A DNA stretch of 33,086 nucleotides from a virus (Duplodnaviria > Heunggongvirae > Uroviricota > Caudoviricetes). Position numbers and translations under genes: made by a program. The stretch is from IMG/VR virus record IMGVR_UViG_2541047931_000005, positions 1 to 33,086 of that record; one strand, written 5' to 3'. Within the stretch, counting starts at the first letter, position 1. The number at the start of each line of letters is the position of its first letter. Positions 1-7,967 of this stretch are shown one piece after another. The notes under the pieces are model-generated. The model had not been told where the DNA came from and searched no databases. It saw only the letters and a list, made by a program, of their open reading frames with translations.

Positions 1-129
1 GGCTGCTACACCATGTTGCCGGGCAACGAGGGAGACCGTCATCCCCGGTTCAAAGCTCTGCTGAACAATTGCGATCTTTTCCTGTGTGGTACGCCGTCTG
101 CGTTTCTCCGGCCCTAAGACATCAATCAT
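1..129 (-). CDS. insC: IS2 transposase OrfA (InsC) N-terminal part, partial (runs off window)
   Basis: Minus-strand translation from ATG at 129-127: [43 protein letters not shown], the characteristic IS2 InsC N-terminus. Confidence 0.85.
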
Positions 130-220
130 CTGTTCTCCAATGACTAGTCTAAAAACTAGTATTAAGACTATCACTTATTTAAGTGATATTGGTTGTCTGG
201 AGATTCAGGGGGCCAGTCTA
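1..220 (-). mobile_element. IS2 (IS3 family) terminal segment, partial; element continues beyond window start
   Basis: Reverse complement of 1-220 matches the remembered IS2 left end (TAGACTGGCCCCCTGAATCTCCAGACAACC...) followed by the start of the IS2 orfA reading frame; boundary at 220. Confidence 0.85.
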
Positions 221-273
221 TGTTCCATTACATCCTGCGGATGCTCTTCGAACTCTTCAAATTCTTCTTCCAT
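221..273 (-). pseudogene. 5' fragment of an ORF (MEEEFEEFEEHPQDVMEH...) interrupted by the IS2 insertion
   Basis: ATG at 273 with upstream GGTGAG; the frame runs directly into the IS2 terminal repeat at 220. Confidence 0.4.
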
Positions 274-331
274 ATCTCACCTCAAATAAGTGGTTTGCTG
301 CCTAATTTCATTTTCTGGCGACCAACACAAG

Positions 332-715
332 TCACCTCGCCGTCAGTTGTTTTGATTTCCGGTAGCCTGCCGCGTAAATGGCTACGTTTGGAAGACATAC
401 ACCAGTTTCTGGTTGCTTATGTCCAAACTCATTCGCGTACACAATGGCCGCTCGCTCCAGATTGCGTCTGTATTCTTTCTGTTGCCAGATCACGTCCTGT
501 GCCATGAACTTAATTGGCTTAGCGTCTTCTATGCGCTCAGGCGTTTCGTGAGTACCTTTAGCCTGAATCTGTGCCCGACTGAGGGTAGGGCGATGAAGTT
601 TCTCTGAACTGATAACCTCTTCACGAGCTTCAACACCCTGTGCAATGGCTTGCGCCTTTAAACGTTCACGGCGACGAGCTGCTGATGAACCTTTGAAAGC
701 TGTTCTGCGTGTCAT
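332..715 (-). CDS. N: N-like transcription antiterminator (P22 gene 24 type)
   Basis: Arginine-rich motif SAARRRERLKAQ near the N-terminus and a C-terminus (YAAGYRKSKQLTAR) resembling P22 gp24; GGAGG RBS before ATG at 715; sits just downstream of pL/nutL. Confidence 0.75.
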   Translation of the reverse strand: MTRRTAFKGSSAARRRERLKAQAIAQGVEAREEVISSEKLHRPTLSRAQIQAKGTHETPERIEDAKPIKFMAQDVIWQQKEYRRNLERAAIVYANEFGHKQPETGVCLPNVAIYAAGYRKSKQLTAR

Positions 716-830
716 GGTGACCTCCTGATGAACTTTGGTGATGTGGGCGGTAACCAGCCGCACAAGTCAGGGCCATCTTCACGTTTTACCCTTTCTCGCT
801 TGCCACATCCCAAAGTTCACTTTGGTTATC

Positions 831-845
831 GCGCTTTGTCAGCGC
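831..845 (-). promoter_or_regulatory. nutL boxB hairpin (P22 type)
   Basis: Minus-strand RNA reads GCGCUGACAAAGCGC: 5-bp stem with a GACAA loop, between pL and N. Confidence 0.6.
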
Positions 846-915
846 CGTAGATTCATATTCGAATCGTTGTATATTCACCGACCTGGTGAGTAGTGCGTCC
901 TGCTGATGTGTTTAG

Positions 916-977
916 TATCACCGCTAGTGGTATTTATGTCAACACCGCTAGAGATAATTCATCACCGCAGATGGTTA
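916..977 (-). promoter_or_regulatory. OL operator triplet (OL1 916-932, OL2 941-957, OL3 961-977) overlapping the leftward promoter pL
   Basis: Three 17-bp sites TATCACCGCTAGTGGTA, CAACACCGCTAGAGATA, ATCACCGCAGATGGTTA matching the lambda cI operator consensus. Confidence 0.8.
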
Positions 978-1126
978 TCTGTATGTTTTTTATATGAATT
1001 TATTTTTTGCAGGGGTGCATTGTTTGGTAGGTGAGAGATCTGAATTGCTATGTTTAGTGAGTTGTATCTATTAATTTTCAAATAAATACAATTGGTTATG
1101 TGTTTTTTTGGGGGGGTTAGGCAAAG

Positions 1127-1153
1127 AAAACCCGGCGCTGAGGCCGGGTTCTT
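1127..1153 (-). terminator. Hairpin terminator downstream of the ParA-like gene
   Basis: CCCGGC-GCTGAG-GCCGGG stem-loop followed by a U-rich stretch on the minus strand, immediately after the stop at 1156. Confidence 0.55.
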
Positions 1154-1155
1154 GC

Positions 1156-2199
1156 TTAAAGAATACTTGCCAGATACTTAAGTTGTCTTTGATATCGAGT
1201 AACCGACTGGTTAACTTGTAACCTTTTCCCTTCACTTACTGTATGGAAGCGACCAACTTTTAGCTGTGATATTGGTATGCTTTCAGCCCCACTAATTTGC
1301 CCGCTTGATACAAAATCATCTGTAACCACAATTGCTTTGCTAACATCTTCATCGGCAAAGAGATGACTGTATTTTTCAGCGATTTTTACAGCTCTCTCTA
1401 TGTACATTTGAGATGCGCGACCTGGTGTTGATGATTTACGGCTTTTTGAACCAGCCATTGTCATTACGATCGCTGCTACTTTTGGAGCCCCAAGCCCACC
1501 CGCACGCTCATTCCATAATACAAAATCTTTTGATTTATTTGCCAGCATTTCCATTGTGAGATGAAGTGACTCAATTGAGTGTTCATCTACGCGTACAGGG
1601 ATAATCAATGCCTCAGACGCGCACCATGCTAGGTGTGTTCCTCCAGCATAGAAAGGGCTTGTATCCATCAATAAAATTTCGCATTTTTTGTCTTTCGCTT
1701 CATCGTTCATTATTGCGCGAAGAGAATTTAATAGTGTTGATACTGCTTTTGGTTCTCCGCGAGATAGCGCTACTTGTAGTTGTTGATACATGCTTGATGG
1801 GAAAGCGAATAGCTCAGGATCACCTGGAATCGCATAACATGCCTTACCACCTTTAAAATCTGGGCAGAAATTACTTACTCGATATGAAATATCTTCTGGC
1901 TGCTCACCAAAAGCTGGACCCAGCATTTTTGGTGTCAGTGCATTAGCTATTGTTACAACCGGTTTTTCACCACGCAATAGTGTCTCCGTTAAATTACATT
2001 GCGGGCATAAGTCAGCCACTAATACGGAGTTACGTCGTGACAGCTCATAGGCGAGGTTGAATGTCATCGTGGACTTACCAACACCACCGCGCAGATTGGA
2101 AACTGCATAACTTTTGAATTTTGGCCCGCCATCTACGACGTAACCTTCCTCAACAACTTGTGCATAGCGTGCCATTACTGACTCAACTACAGTGCTCAT
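1156..2199 (-). CDS. ParA/MinD/Soj-like P-loop ATPase with a C-terminal extension, function unknown (candidate accessory or exclusion gene)
   Basis: 347-aa ORF with deviant Walker A (LRGGVGKST), A'-like (VLVADLCPQCNLT) and Walker B-like (ILLMDTSP) motifs; AGGAGG RBS 7 nt before the ATG; AT-rich compared with its flanks. Confidence 0.85.
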   Translation of the reverse strand: MSTVVESVMARYAQVVEEGYVVDGGPKFKSYAVSNLRGGVGKSTMTFNLAYELSRRNSVLVADLCPQCNLTETLLRGEKPVVTIANALTPKMLGPAFGEQPEDISYRVSNFCPDFKGGKACYAIPGDPELFAFPSSMYQQLQVALSRGEPKAVSTLLNSLRAIMNDEAKDKKCEILLMDTSPFYAGGTHLAWCASEALIIPVRVDEHSIESLHLTMEMLANKSKDFVLWNERAGGLGAPKVAAIVMTMAGSKSRKSSTPGRASQMYIERAVKIAEKYSHLFADEDVSKAIVVTDDFVSSGQISGAESIPISQLKVGRFHTVSEGKRLQVNQSVTRYQRQLKYLASIL

Positions 2200-2225
2200 A
2201 TGAATTCCTCCTTTAAATTTTGAAT

Positions 2226-2254
2226 ATTAAAGCACCACAATGATGCAGGAGCAA
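2226..2254 (-). promoter_or_regulatory. Candidate sigma70 promoter for the ParA-like gene
   Basis: Minus strand: -35 TTGCTC, 17-bp spacer, TGn-extended -10 TTTAAT, about 25 nt upstream of the ATG at 2199. Sequence only. Confidence 0.35.
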
Positions 2255-2330
2255 TAAAAAAGCGCAGGAGAATGTAAAATTAGCAGGTGAATTAAAAATG
2301 CGCAGGAGATGTGATGTTTTGCAGGTTGAC
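2242..2330. repeat. Five phased direct repeats (core GCAGGAG/GCAGGTG/GCAGGTT, 18-20 bp period) each followed by an A/T tract
   Basis: GCAGG cores start at 2245, 2265, 2283, 2302 and 2321 on the plus strand, upstream of and overlapping the candidate promoter of the ParA-like gene. Confidence 0.6.
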
Positions 2331-2422
2331 TGAACAAATGCTGATGTATACCTCGTTTGTAGATAGGTATGTTAATTGCTATATAACATGCTTATGTTAT
2401 TGATATTTATATATATTAATCA

Positions 2423-2452
2423 TAAAAAAAGGCCGCACTTCTGTGCGACCTT
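2423..2452 (-). terminator. Intrinsic terminator immediately downstream of cI
   Basis: Minus strand GGUCGCAC-AGAA-GUGCGGCC hairpin followed by U7, beginning 5 nt after the cI stop codon. Confidence 0.65.
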
Positions 2453-2455
2453 TCA

Positions 2456-3172
<717 letters not shown>

Positions 3173-3179
3173 TTAAATC

Positions 3180-3245
3180 TATCACCGCAAGGGATAAACT
3201 TCTAACACCGTGCGTGTTGACTATTTTACCTCTAGCGGTGATAAT
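3180..3245. promoter_or_regulatory. OR3-OR2-OR1 operators with divergent pRM and pR
   Basis: OR3 TATCACCGCAAGGGATA (3180-3196), OR2 TAACACCGTGCGTGTTG (3203-3219), OR1 TACCTCTAGCGGTGATA (3227-3243); pR -35 TTGACT 3217-3222 and -10 GATAAT 3240-3245. Confidence 0.85.
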
Positions 3246-3269
3246 GATTACCTGTACTAAGGAGGTTGT

Positions 3270-3470
3270 ATGGAACAACGCATAACCCTGAAAGATTATG
3301 CAATACGCTTTGGGCAAACCAAGACGGCTAAAGATCTCGGCGTATATCAAAGCGCGATTAACAAGGCCATTCATGCAGGCCGAAAGATTTTTTTAACTAT
3401 AAACGCTGATGGAAGCGTTTATGCGGAAGAAATAAAGCCCTTCCCAAGTAACAAAAAAACAGCTGCATAA
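3270..3470 (+). CDS. cro: Cro repressor
   Basis: 66-aa [57 protein letters not shown]..., lambda Cro-like; AGGAGG RBS. Confidence 0.95.
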   Translation: MEQRITLKDYAIRFGQTKTAKDLGVYQSAINKAIHAGRKIFLTINADGSVYAEEIKPFPSNKKTAA

Positions 3471-3508
3471 GTAACACCGTTCTTTTCACAATGGACATTC
3501 GTCCTACG

Positions 3509-3523
3509 TCGCTGACAAAGCGA
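3509..3523 (+). promoter_or_regulatory. nutR boxB hairpin
   Basis: UCGCUGACAAAGCGA stem-loop with the same GACAA loop as nutL, between cro and the cII-like gene. Confidence 0.5.
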
Positions 3524-3607
3524 GCCCCAAGATATCTGACCAACTAAGGCCATATGCGTTTCAACGCATACCTTTCAACTAACTATTCACTATTGGAAAA
3601 TTAACAA

Positions 3608-3904
3608 ATGACACAAGCAAGTTACAGCAAGCCAACACAGCGAGAAATTGATCGCGCAGAAACTGATTTACTCATCAACCTGTCAACGCTTACCCAGCGC
3701 GGTCTGGCAAAGATGATTGGCTGTCATGAATCGAAGATAAGCAGAACGGACTGGAGATTTATTGCTTCGGTCTTGTGTGCTTTCGGAATGGCATCAGACA
3801 TCAGTCCGATTAGCAGGGCTTTTAAGTATGCGCTTGATGAAATCACAAAGAAAAAATCCCCGGCCGCCACCGAGGATTTTAAGCAAATTGATATGCAATT
3901 CTGA
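3608..3904 (+). CDS. cII: CII-like transcriptional activator
   Basis: 98-aa ORF at the cII position; HTH-like core (SKISR) and a C-terminus [17 protein letters not shown] resembling lambda CII (KKRPAATERSEQIQMEF). Confidence 0.8.
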   Translation: MTQASYSKPTQREIDRAETDLLINLSTLTQRGLAKMIGCHESKISRTDWRFIASVLCAFGMASDISPISRAFKYALDEITKKKSPAATEDFKQIDMQF

Positions 3905-3936
3905 GGTCATTACTGGATCAATCCACAGGAGTAATT

Positions 3937-4083
3937 ATGACAAAACAACTCAGTCCTTACCAGGACAAAATTCACAAACACATACTACGTGATCGCTTCC
4001 TGTCCAGCTTCAAGCAGCCTGGTCGATTCCGGGCTGAGTTGGAAAAAGTGAAGCTGATGCAGAAGGAGAAAGGTCATGAGTAA
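3937..4083 (+). CDS. Small hypothetical protein (48 aa) between cII and the replication genes
   Basis: ATG at 3937 preceded by CAGGAG; stop overlaps the start of the O-like gene; below the 60-aa cutoff of the ORF track. Confidence 0.35.
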   Translation: MTKQLSPYQDKIHKHILRDRFLSSFKQPGRFRAELEKVKLMQKEKGHE

Positions 4084-4936
4084 TCTTGCAACCGTAACAC
4101 ATTTAAGGCCTTCACAACGGCCTGTGGAGCGTCGTGTGGCAGAAGTTGAAGATGGTTATACCCGTCTTGCAAATGCCCTGTATGAAGAGCTTATCGGCGC
4201 AGATTTAACAAAAAATCAGAGTAAGGTTGCCCACGCCATATGCCGTAAAACATACGGATACGGTAAAAAGATGGATCGCATCTCTGATAGTCAGTTAGCT
4301 CAAATTACCAGGCTGCCAAGACAGAAGGTAAACAAGGCCAAGAATGAGCTTATCGCGATGAAGGTAATCCTTCGCGAAGGCCAGCAAATCGGGCCTAACA
4401 AGAACATCGAGGAATGGCAAATCGAAGGGTGTCACTACTCTGGTGATAATGTCACTGCATTGGTGACAAAAAGTGTCACCAAAACGGTGACAGCGCTGTC
4501 ACCAAAACAGGGACACACAAAAGAAACTATTACAAAAGAAAAAAGAAATAATAAAAACACTATGTCCGAAAGTGTTCGGACGGAGTGTGAAAAATCATCT
4601 GACCGTCACGAAGAAACCGACAAGGCATTCGAGGAAATATTCTGGTGTGCAGGCATGCGGAAAGCCGGGAAAAAAAACGCAGCTTCGGCATTCAGAACAC
4701 AGTTCAGGGAATGGCGTAAAACTACCAGGGGTACGGCAAGCGAGTTTGCCACGATGCTGGCAGAAGACATCGCATGCAGGAATGGTAAGCAGTTCGGATT
4801 CGACAGGTTGTTACCATCGAGCTACTTGAACGGTCAGCGCTGGAACGACGAAAAGCCAGAAACCATTCAACCACAATCCAAACCATCATCCGCAATCACC
4901 GTATCGAAAACTGGCTACGTGTTTTTCGACAGGTGA
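4076..4936 (+). CDS. Replication initiator with a lambda O-like N-terminal domain
   Basis: N-terminal similarity to lambda O ([26 protein letters not shown]...[15 protein letters not shown]...GPNKNI); ori-like iterons lie inside the gene. Confidence 0.85.
   Translation: MSNLATVTHLRPSQRPVERRVAEVEDGYTRLANALYEELIGADLTKNQSKVAHAICRKTYGYGKKMDRISDSQLAQITRLPRQKVNKAKNELIAMKVILREGQQIGPNKNIEEWQIEGCHYSGDNVTALVTKSVTKTVTALSPKQGHTKETITKEKRNNKNTMSESVRTECEKSSDRHEETDKAFEEIFWCAGMRKAGKKNAASAFRTQFREWRKTTRGTASEFATMLAEDIACRNGKQFGFDRLLPSSYLNGQRWNDEKPETIQPQSKPSSAITVSKTGYVFFDR
4451..4560. other. Putative replication origin: three 18-bp imperfect-palindrome iterons at a 23-bp period, then an A/T-rich tract
   Basis: GTCACTGCATTGGTGACA (4451), GTCACCAAAACGGTGACA (4474), GTCACCAAAACAGGGACA (4497), followed by an A-rich block 4515-4560, all inside the O-like gene as in lambda ori. 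Confidence 0.65.
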
Positions 4937-4939
4937 ACC

Positions 4940-5047
4940 ATGAAATCAAAAATCAAATCGCTACTGGTCGCTGGTTATAACCACGGCTGGTTAAGTATTT
5001 CGTTTGTCGATTTCTGGTTTAAAAATCTCAATCTGAGGGAATCATGA
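4940..5047 (+). CDS. Possible small ORF (35 aa) between the initiator and primase-helicase genes
   Basis: ATG at 4940 four nt after the O-like stop; its stop overlaps the primase-helicase start (ATGA). No recognisable family. Confidence 0.2.
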   Translation: MKSKIKSLLVAGYNHGWLSISFVDFWFKNLNLRES

Positions 5048-6924
5048 GGCCAAGTGAACTTAGCGACCTGCTTTGGGCGCAGGTTGACAGGGTGGCTCCG
5101 CACCTGTTGCCAAATGGCAAGAAAGAGGGGCATGAGTGGGTTGCCGGTAACGTCAACGGTGACAAGGGAAACAGCCTTAAGGTCAACCTTAGCGGCAAGA
5201 AAAAATGGGCTGATTTCGCTGAGGGAGACGGCGGTGACATGCTTGATTTGTGGATGGCATGTCGTGGAATTAACCTGCATCAGGCTATGCAGGAAGCGAA
5301 AGCATTTCTCGGTATCAAGGATGACGATCACCATTTCGATGCCAGACGTGAGAAGAAATTCTCCAGACCTGATCGCAAGAAAATCGCCCGCTACGTTACC
5401 AGAACAGAATCCCATCTTGAGTACCTGCAATCGCGTGGCATATCGCCAGAAGTCGTAAAGCGCTACGAGGTTGTCAGCGGCAAGGTGTGGAATGGAGAAC
5501 GAGAACTGGATGCTCTGGTGCTTCCGTACAAACGCGATGGTGAGTTGTTGCAGGTCAAGCGAATCAGCACTGAGCGCCCGGACGGGAAGAAAGTCATTAT
5601 GGCAGAAGGTGATTGCGAACCTTGTCTGTTCGGATGGCAGGCTCTGGACGCTGGCGTGAGGGCGGTTGTGCTTTGCGAAGGCGAAATTGATTGTATGAGC
5701 TATGCGCAATACGGCATCTCGGCATTATCCGTGCCGTTTGGTGGAGGGAAAGGCGCTAAGCAACAGTGGATTGAGTTTGAGTATCACAACCTCGACAGGT
5801 TTGAGGAAATATTCATCTCGATGGACGTTGATGATGTTGGTCGTGAAGCCGCAAGGGAAATCGCAAGCCGACTCGGTGAACATCGTTGCCGTCTTGTTAC
5901 TCTGCCGTACAAAGACATCAACGAATGCCTGATGAACGGTGTTACCGATGATGAAATCTGGCAGTACATCGGCACGGCATCCTACTTCGATCCTGAAGAA
6001 CTCTACAGCGCGCGAGAGTTTTACCAGGACACTATCAACGCTTTCTACGGCAAGCAGCAGTATCTGTTTAATCCACCGTGGGAATCTCTGGCAGATAAAT
6101 TCCAGTTCCGTGAGGCCGAGTTGACGCTGGTCAATGGTGTGAACGGTCACGGAAAAACGGAGGTTGTCGGGCATATGGCACTTGAGGCAATGCGTCAGGG
6201 TGTGAAGACGTGCATCGCGTCACTTGAGCTGAAGCCAGGCATTCTCCTTAAGCGACTTACCCGTCAGGCGACGTGCTGCAAGATGCCGCCAGTGCTGGAA
6301 ATTGACTCTGCATTTAAATTTTATGACGAAAGACTTTGGGTGTTTGGCCTGACCGGAACGGCGAAAGCCGACAGGCTGATCGAAATATTCGACTACGCTC
6401 GCCGCCGATACGGCATCCAGTTATTCATCATCGACAGCCTGATGAAATGTGGCATAGGCGACGATGACTATAACGGGCAGAAGGCGTTTGTTGACTCGAT
6501 TTGCGACTTCAAAAACAAAACAAACTCCCACGTCATTCTCGTTACTCACTCGCGAAAAGGAGACAGCGAAGAAAAACCAACCGGGAAAATGGACGTAAAA
6601 GGCTCTGGAGCGATAACAGACCTGACAGACAACCTTTTTATCATCTGGCGTAACAAGGCTCGCGAGAGAGCGTTACAGAGAGTTCAGAGTGGTGAAAAGA
6701 TGTCAGAGAAGGACGAACAGCTACTGGCGTCTCCTGCATCTGTTTTGATGCTTGAAAAACAACGTAACGGCGAAGGTTGGGAAGGTGGTGTCCCGTTGTT
6801 CCTTGACGAGCAATCGCACCAGTTCCTGCAACTTGAATCAGGATCGCCATATAGCTACATCGCCAATATGCCGAAATCGGAATATGACGAGGCGTGGCGA
6901 CAGGAAAACGTGACGGAGTATTAA
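5044..6924 (+). CDS. Bifunctional DNA primase (Toprim) / DnaB-like replicative helicase
   Basis: 626 aa; Toprim-like VVLCEGEIDCMSYAQYG in the N-terminal half; Walker A GVNGHGKTE and Walker B LFIIDSL in the C-terminal half. Confidence 0.85.
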   Translation: MRPSELSDLLWAQVDRVAPHLLPNGKKEGHEWVAGNVNGDKGNSLKVNLSGKKKWADFAEGDGGDMLDLWMACRGINLHQAMQEAKAFLGIKDDDHHFDARREKKFSRPDRKKIARYVTRTESHLEYLQSRGISPEVVKRYEVVSGKVWNGERELDALVLPYKRDGELLQVKRISTERPDGKKVIMAEGDCEPCLFGWQALDAGVRAVVLCEGEIDCMSYAQYGISALSVPFGGGKGAKQQWIEFEYHNLDRFEEIFISMDVDDVGREAAREIASRLGEHRCRLVTLPYKDINECLMNGVTDDEIWQYIGTASYFDPEELYSAREFYQDTINAFYGKQQYLFNPPWESLADKFQFREAELTLVNGVNGHGKTEVVGHMALEAMRQGVKTCIASLELKPGILLKRLTRQATCCKMPPVLEIDSAFKFYDERLWVFGLTGTAKADRLIEIFDYARRRYGIQLFIIDSLMKCGIGDDDYNGQKAFVDSICDFKNKTNSHVILVTHSRKGDSEEKPTGKMDVKGSGAITDLTDNLFIIWRNKARERALQRVQSGEKMSEKDEQLLASPASVLMLEKQRNGEGWEGGVPLFLDEQSHQFLQLESGSPYSYIANMPKSEYDEAWRQENVTEY

Positions 6925-7017
6925 ATGACCATCTACATCACTGAGTTAATAGCAGGCCTGCTGGTAATCGCAGGCCTTTTTATTTGGTGGAGAGTAATTG
7001 GAGGATTTAAGAAATGA
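6925..7017 (+). CDS. Possible small hydrophobic peptide (30 aa, single predicted TM helix)
   Basis: MTIYITELIAGLLVIAGLFIWWRVIGGFKK; its start abuts the helicase stop and its stop overlaps the next ATG. Confidence 0.3.
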   Translation: MTIYITELIAGLLVIAGLFIWWRVIGGFKK

Positions 7018-7229
7018 GTACGATAGCTGAGCTTGTCAGGGCTAATTTTCGTGAAGAGTTGGTGCGTTGGTATCGGTATCGTTCATCGTCAAGTTTGCCG
7101 CTTGATGAGTTGTATGAGCATTCACCAGCCGCACGACGCTATCCGCGTGACCGTGTTCTTCGGCGGTTGTTCAGACTCAACAATGAGTTTCAGCGCAACA
7201 GAATTATCCGGAGTCTGGATTTAAAGTGA
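7014..7229 (+). CDS. Hypothetical arginine-rich protein (71 aa), nin-region
   Basis: ORF with GGAGG RBS and tight coupling to neighbours; no family recognised. Confidence 0.5.
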   Translation: MSTIAELVRANFREELVRWYRYRSSSSLPLDELYEHSPAARRYPRDRVLRRLFRLNNEFQRNRIIRSLDLK

Positions 7230-7233
7230 AGGA

Positions 7234-7476
7234 GTGAGCATGAGCGACCTATCATTAACCCAGCCAAAGCTAAAAGAATGTCCGTTTTGCGGCGGTAATG
7301 CTCGTCTGTGGGTTGAGGCCGGAATAAATATTGATGTGTGGGGCTATGCAGAATGTGACCTCTGTGAAGCCAGGGGGGCATGGGCACCATCAGTTGCTGC
7401 GGCGGCTGAAAAATGGAACCGGAGAGCAGGAGATGAAGCAAACCTTTCTGCTTCGCAACGAAGCAATCAGAAATAA
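7234..7476 (+). CDS. Lar-family restriction-alleviation-like zinc-ribbon protein
   Basis: 80 aa with CPFCGG...ECDLCEARG...AAEKWNRR, the double CxxC arrangement and WNRR tail recalled for Lar-family proteins. Confidence 0.55.
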   Translation: MSMSDLSLTQPKLKECPFCGGNARLWVEAGINIDVWGYAECDLCEARGAWAPSVAAAAEKWNRRAGDEANLSASQRSNQK

Positions 7477-7753
7477 CGCCATAGACGCCATTCTCTCACT
7501 ACCCATCGACGACAAGTCACCCCACGAAGTCCACGTTAAAGAACCCAAGCGCAGCAAAGCGCAGAATGACCGTATGTGGCCGATGCTGAACGATGTTTCG
7601 CGTCAGGTGCTATGGCATGGTCAACGGCTGGCACCGGAAGACTGGAAAGACCTGTTCACTGCCTTGTGGCTTAAGACCAAAAAAATGGAGCAAAGAAGTG
7701 CGCGGCAGAGAATGCCAGGTACGTATTTACGGCGTATGCAATGGAAATCCTGA
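7433..7753 (+). CDS. ninB: NinB-like protein, apparently C-terminally truncated or altered
   Basis: MKQTF...QNDRMWPMLNDVSRQVLWHGQRLAPEDWKDLFTA resembles lambda NinB for about 80 residues, then diverges; overlaps the next ORF out of frame. Confidence 0.55.
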   Translation: MKQTFLLRNEAIRNNAIDAILSLPIDDKSPHEVHVKEPKRSKAQNDRMWPMLNDVSRQVLWHGQRLAPEDWKDLFTALWLKTKKMEQRSARQRMPGTYLRRMQWKS

Positions 7754-7967
7754 AACTACAGTTCTGGCACATTACCGGATGGCTGGAATTTGCGGAACTG
7801 GAATGAAGCCTGACGACCTGATCGGTGCATGGGCTTGTAGTGACTGCCACGCGGAGATCGACCGACGCACAAGGATTCTCGACAACAAAGACGCCAGACT
7901 TTACCACCTCGAAGGCGTGATCAGGACGCAGGCGATACTGCTGAAGGAGGGGAAGATTAAGTCATGA
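7593..7967 (+). CDS. DUF1364 / YbcO-like protein (putative nuclease); true start uncertain
   Basis: C-terminal about 95 residues (RECQVRIYGVCNGNPETTVLAHYRMAGICGTGMKPDDLIGAWACSDCHAEIDRRT...) resemble E. coli DLP12 YbcO; the upstream frame overlaps the NinB-like ORF. Confidence 0.6.
   Translation: MFRVRCYGMVNGWHRKTGKTCSLPCGLRPKKWSKEVRGRECQVRIYGVCNGNPETTVLAHYRMAGICGTGMKPDDLIGAWACSDCHAEIDRRTRILDNKDARLYHLEGVIRTQAILLKEGKIKS

Noticed and set aside
848-862. TTCGAATC motif resembling a tRNA T-loop
   Set aside because: No acceptor or anticodon stems in the surrounding sequence; it lies in the nutL leader. No tRNA genes found in the window.
1104-1117. T7-G7 homopolymer junction between the ParA-like terminator and OL
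   Set aside because: Could be a slippage-prone tract or a recombination scar, but it is intergenic, not in a promoter spacer or coding frame, so no functional inference is supported.
1608-1856. 82-aa plus-strand ORF inside the ParA-like gene
   Set aside because: Entirely antisense to a longer ORF with clear P-loop motifs and a strong RBS; no RBS of its own; low-complexity translation.
4975-6174. Minus-strand ORFs (4975-5709, 5725-6174) inside the primase-helicase gene
   Set aside because: Antisense to a 626-aa ORF with Toprim and Walker motifs; typical shadow ORFs.
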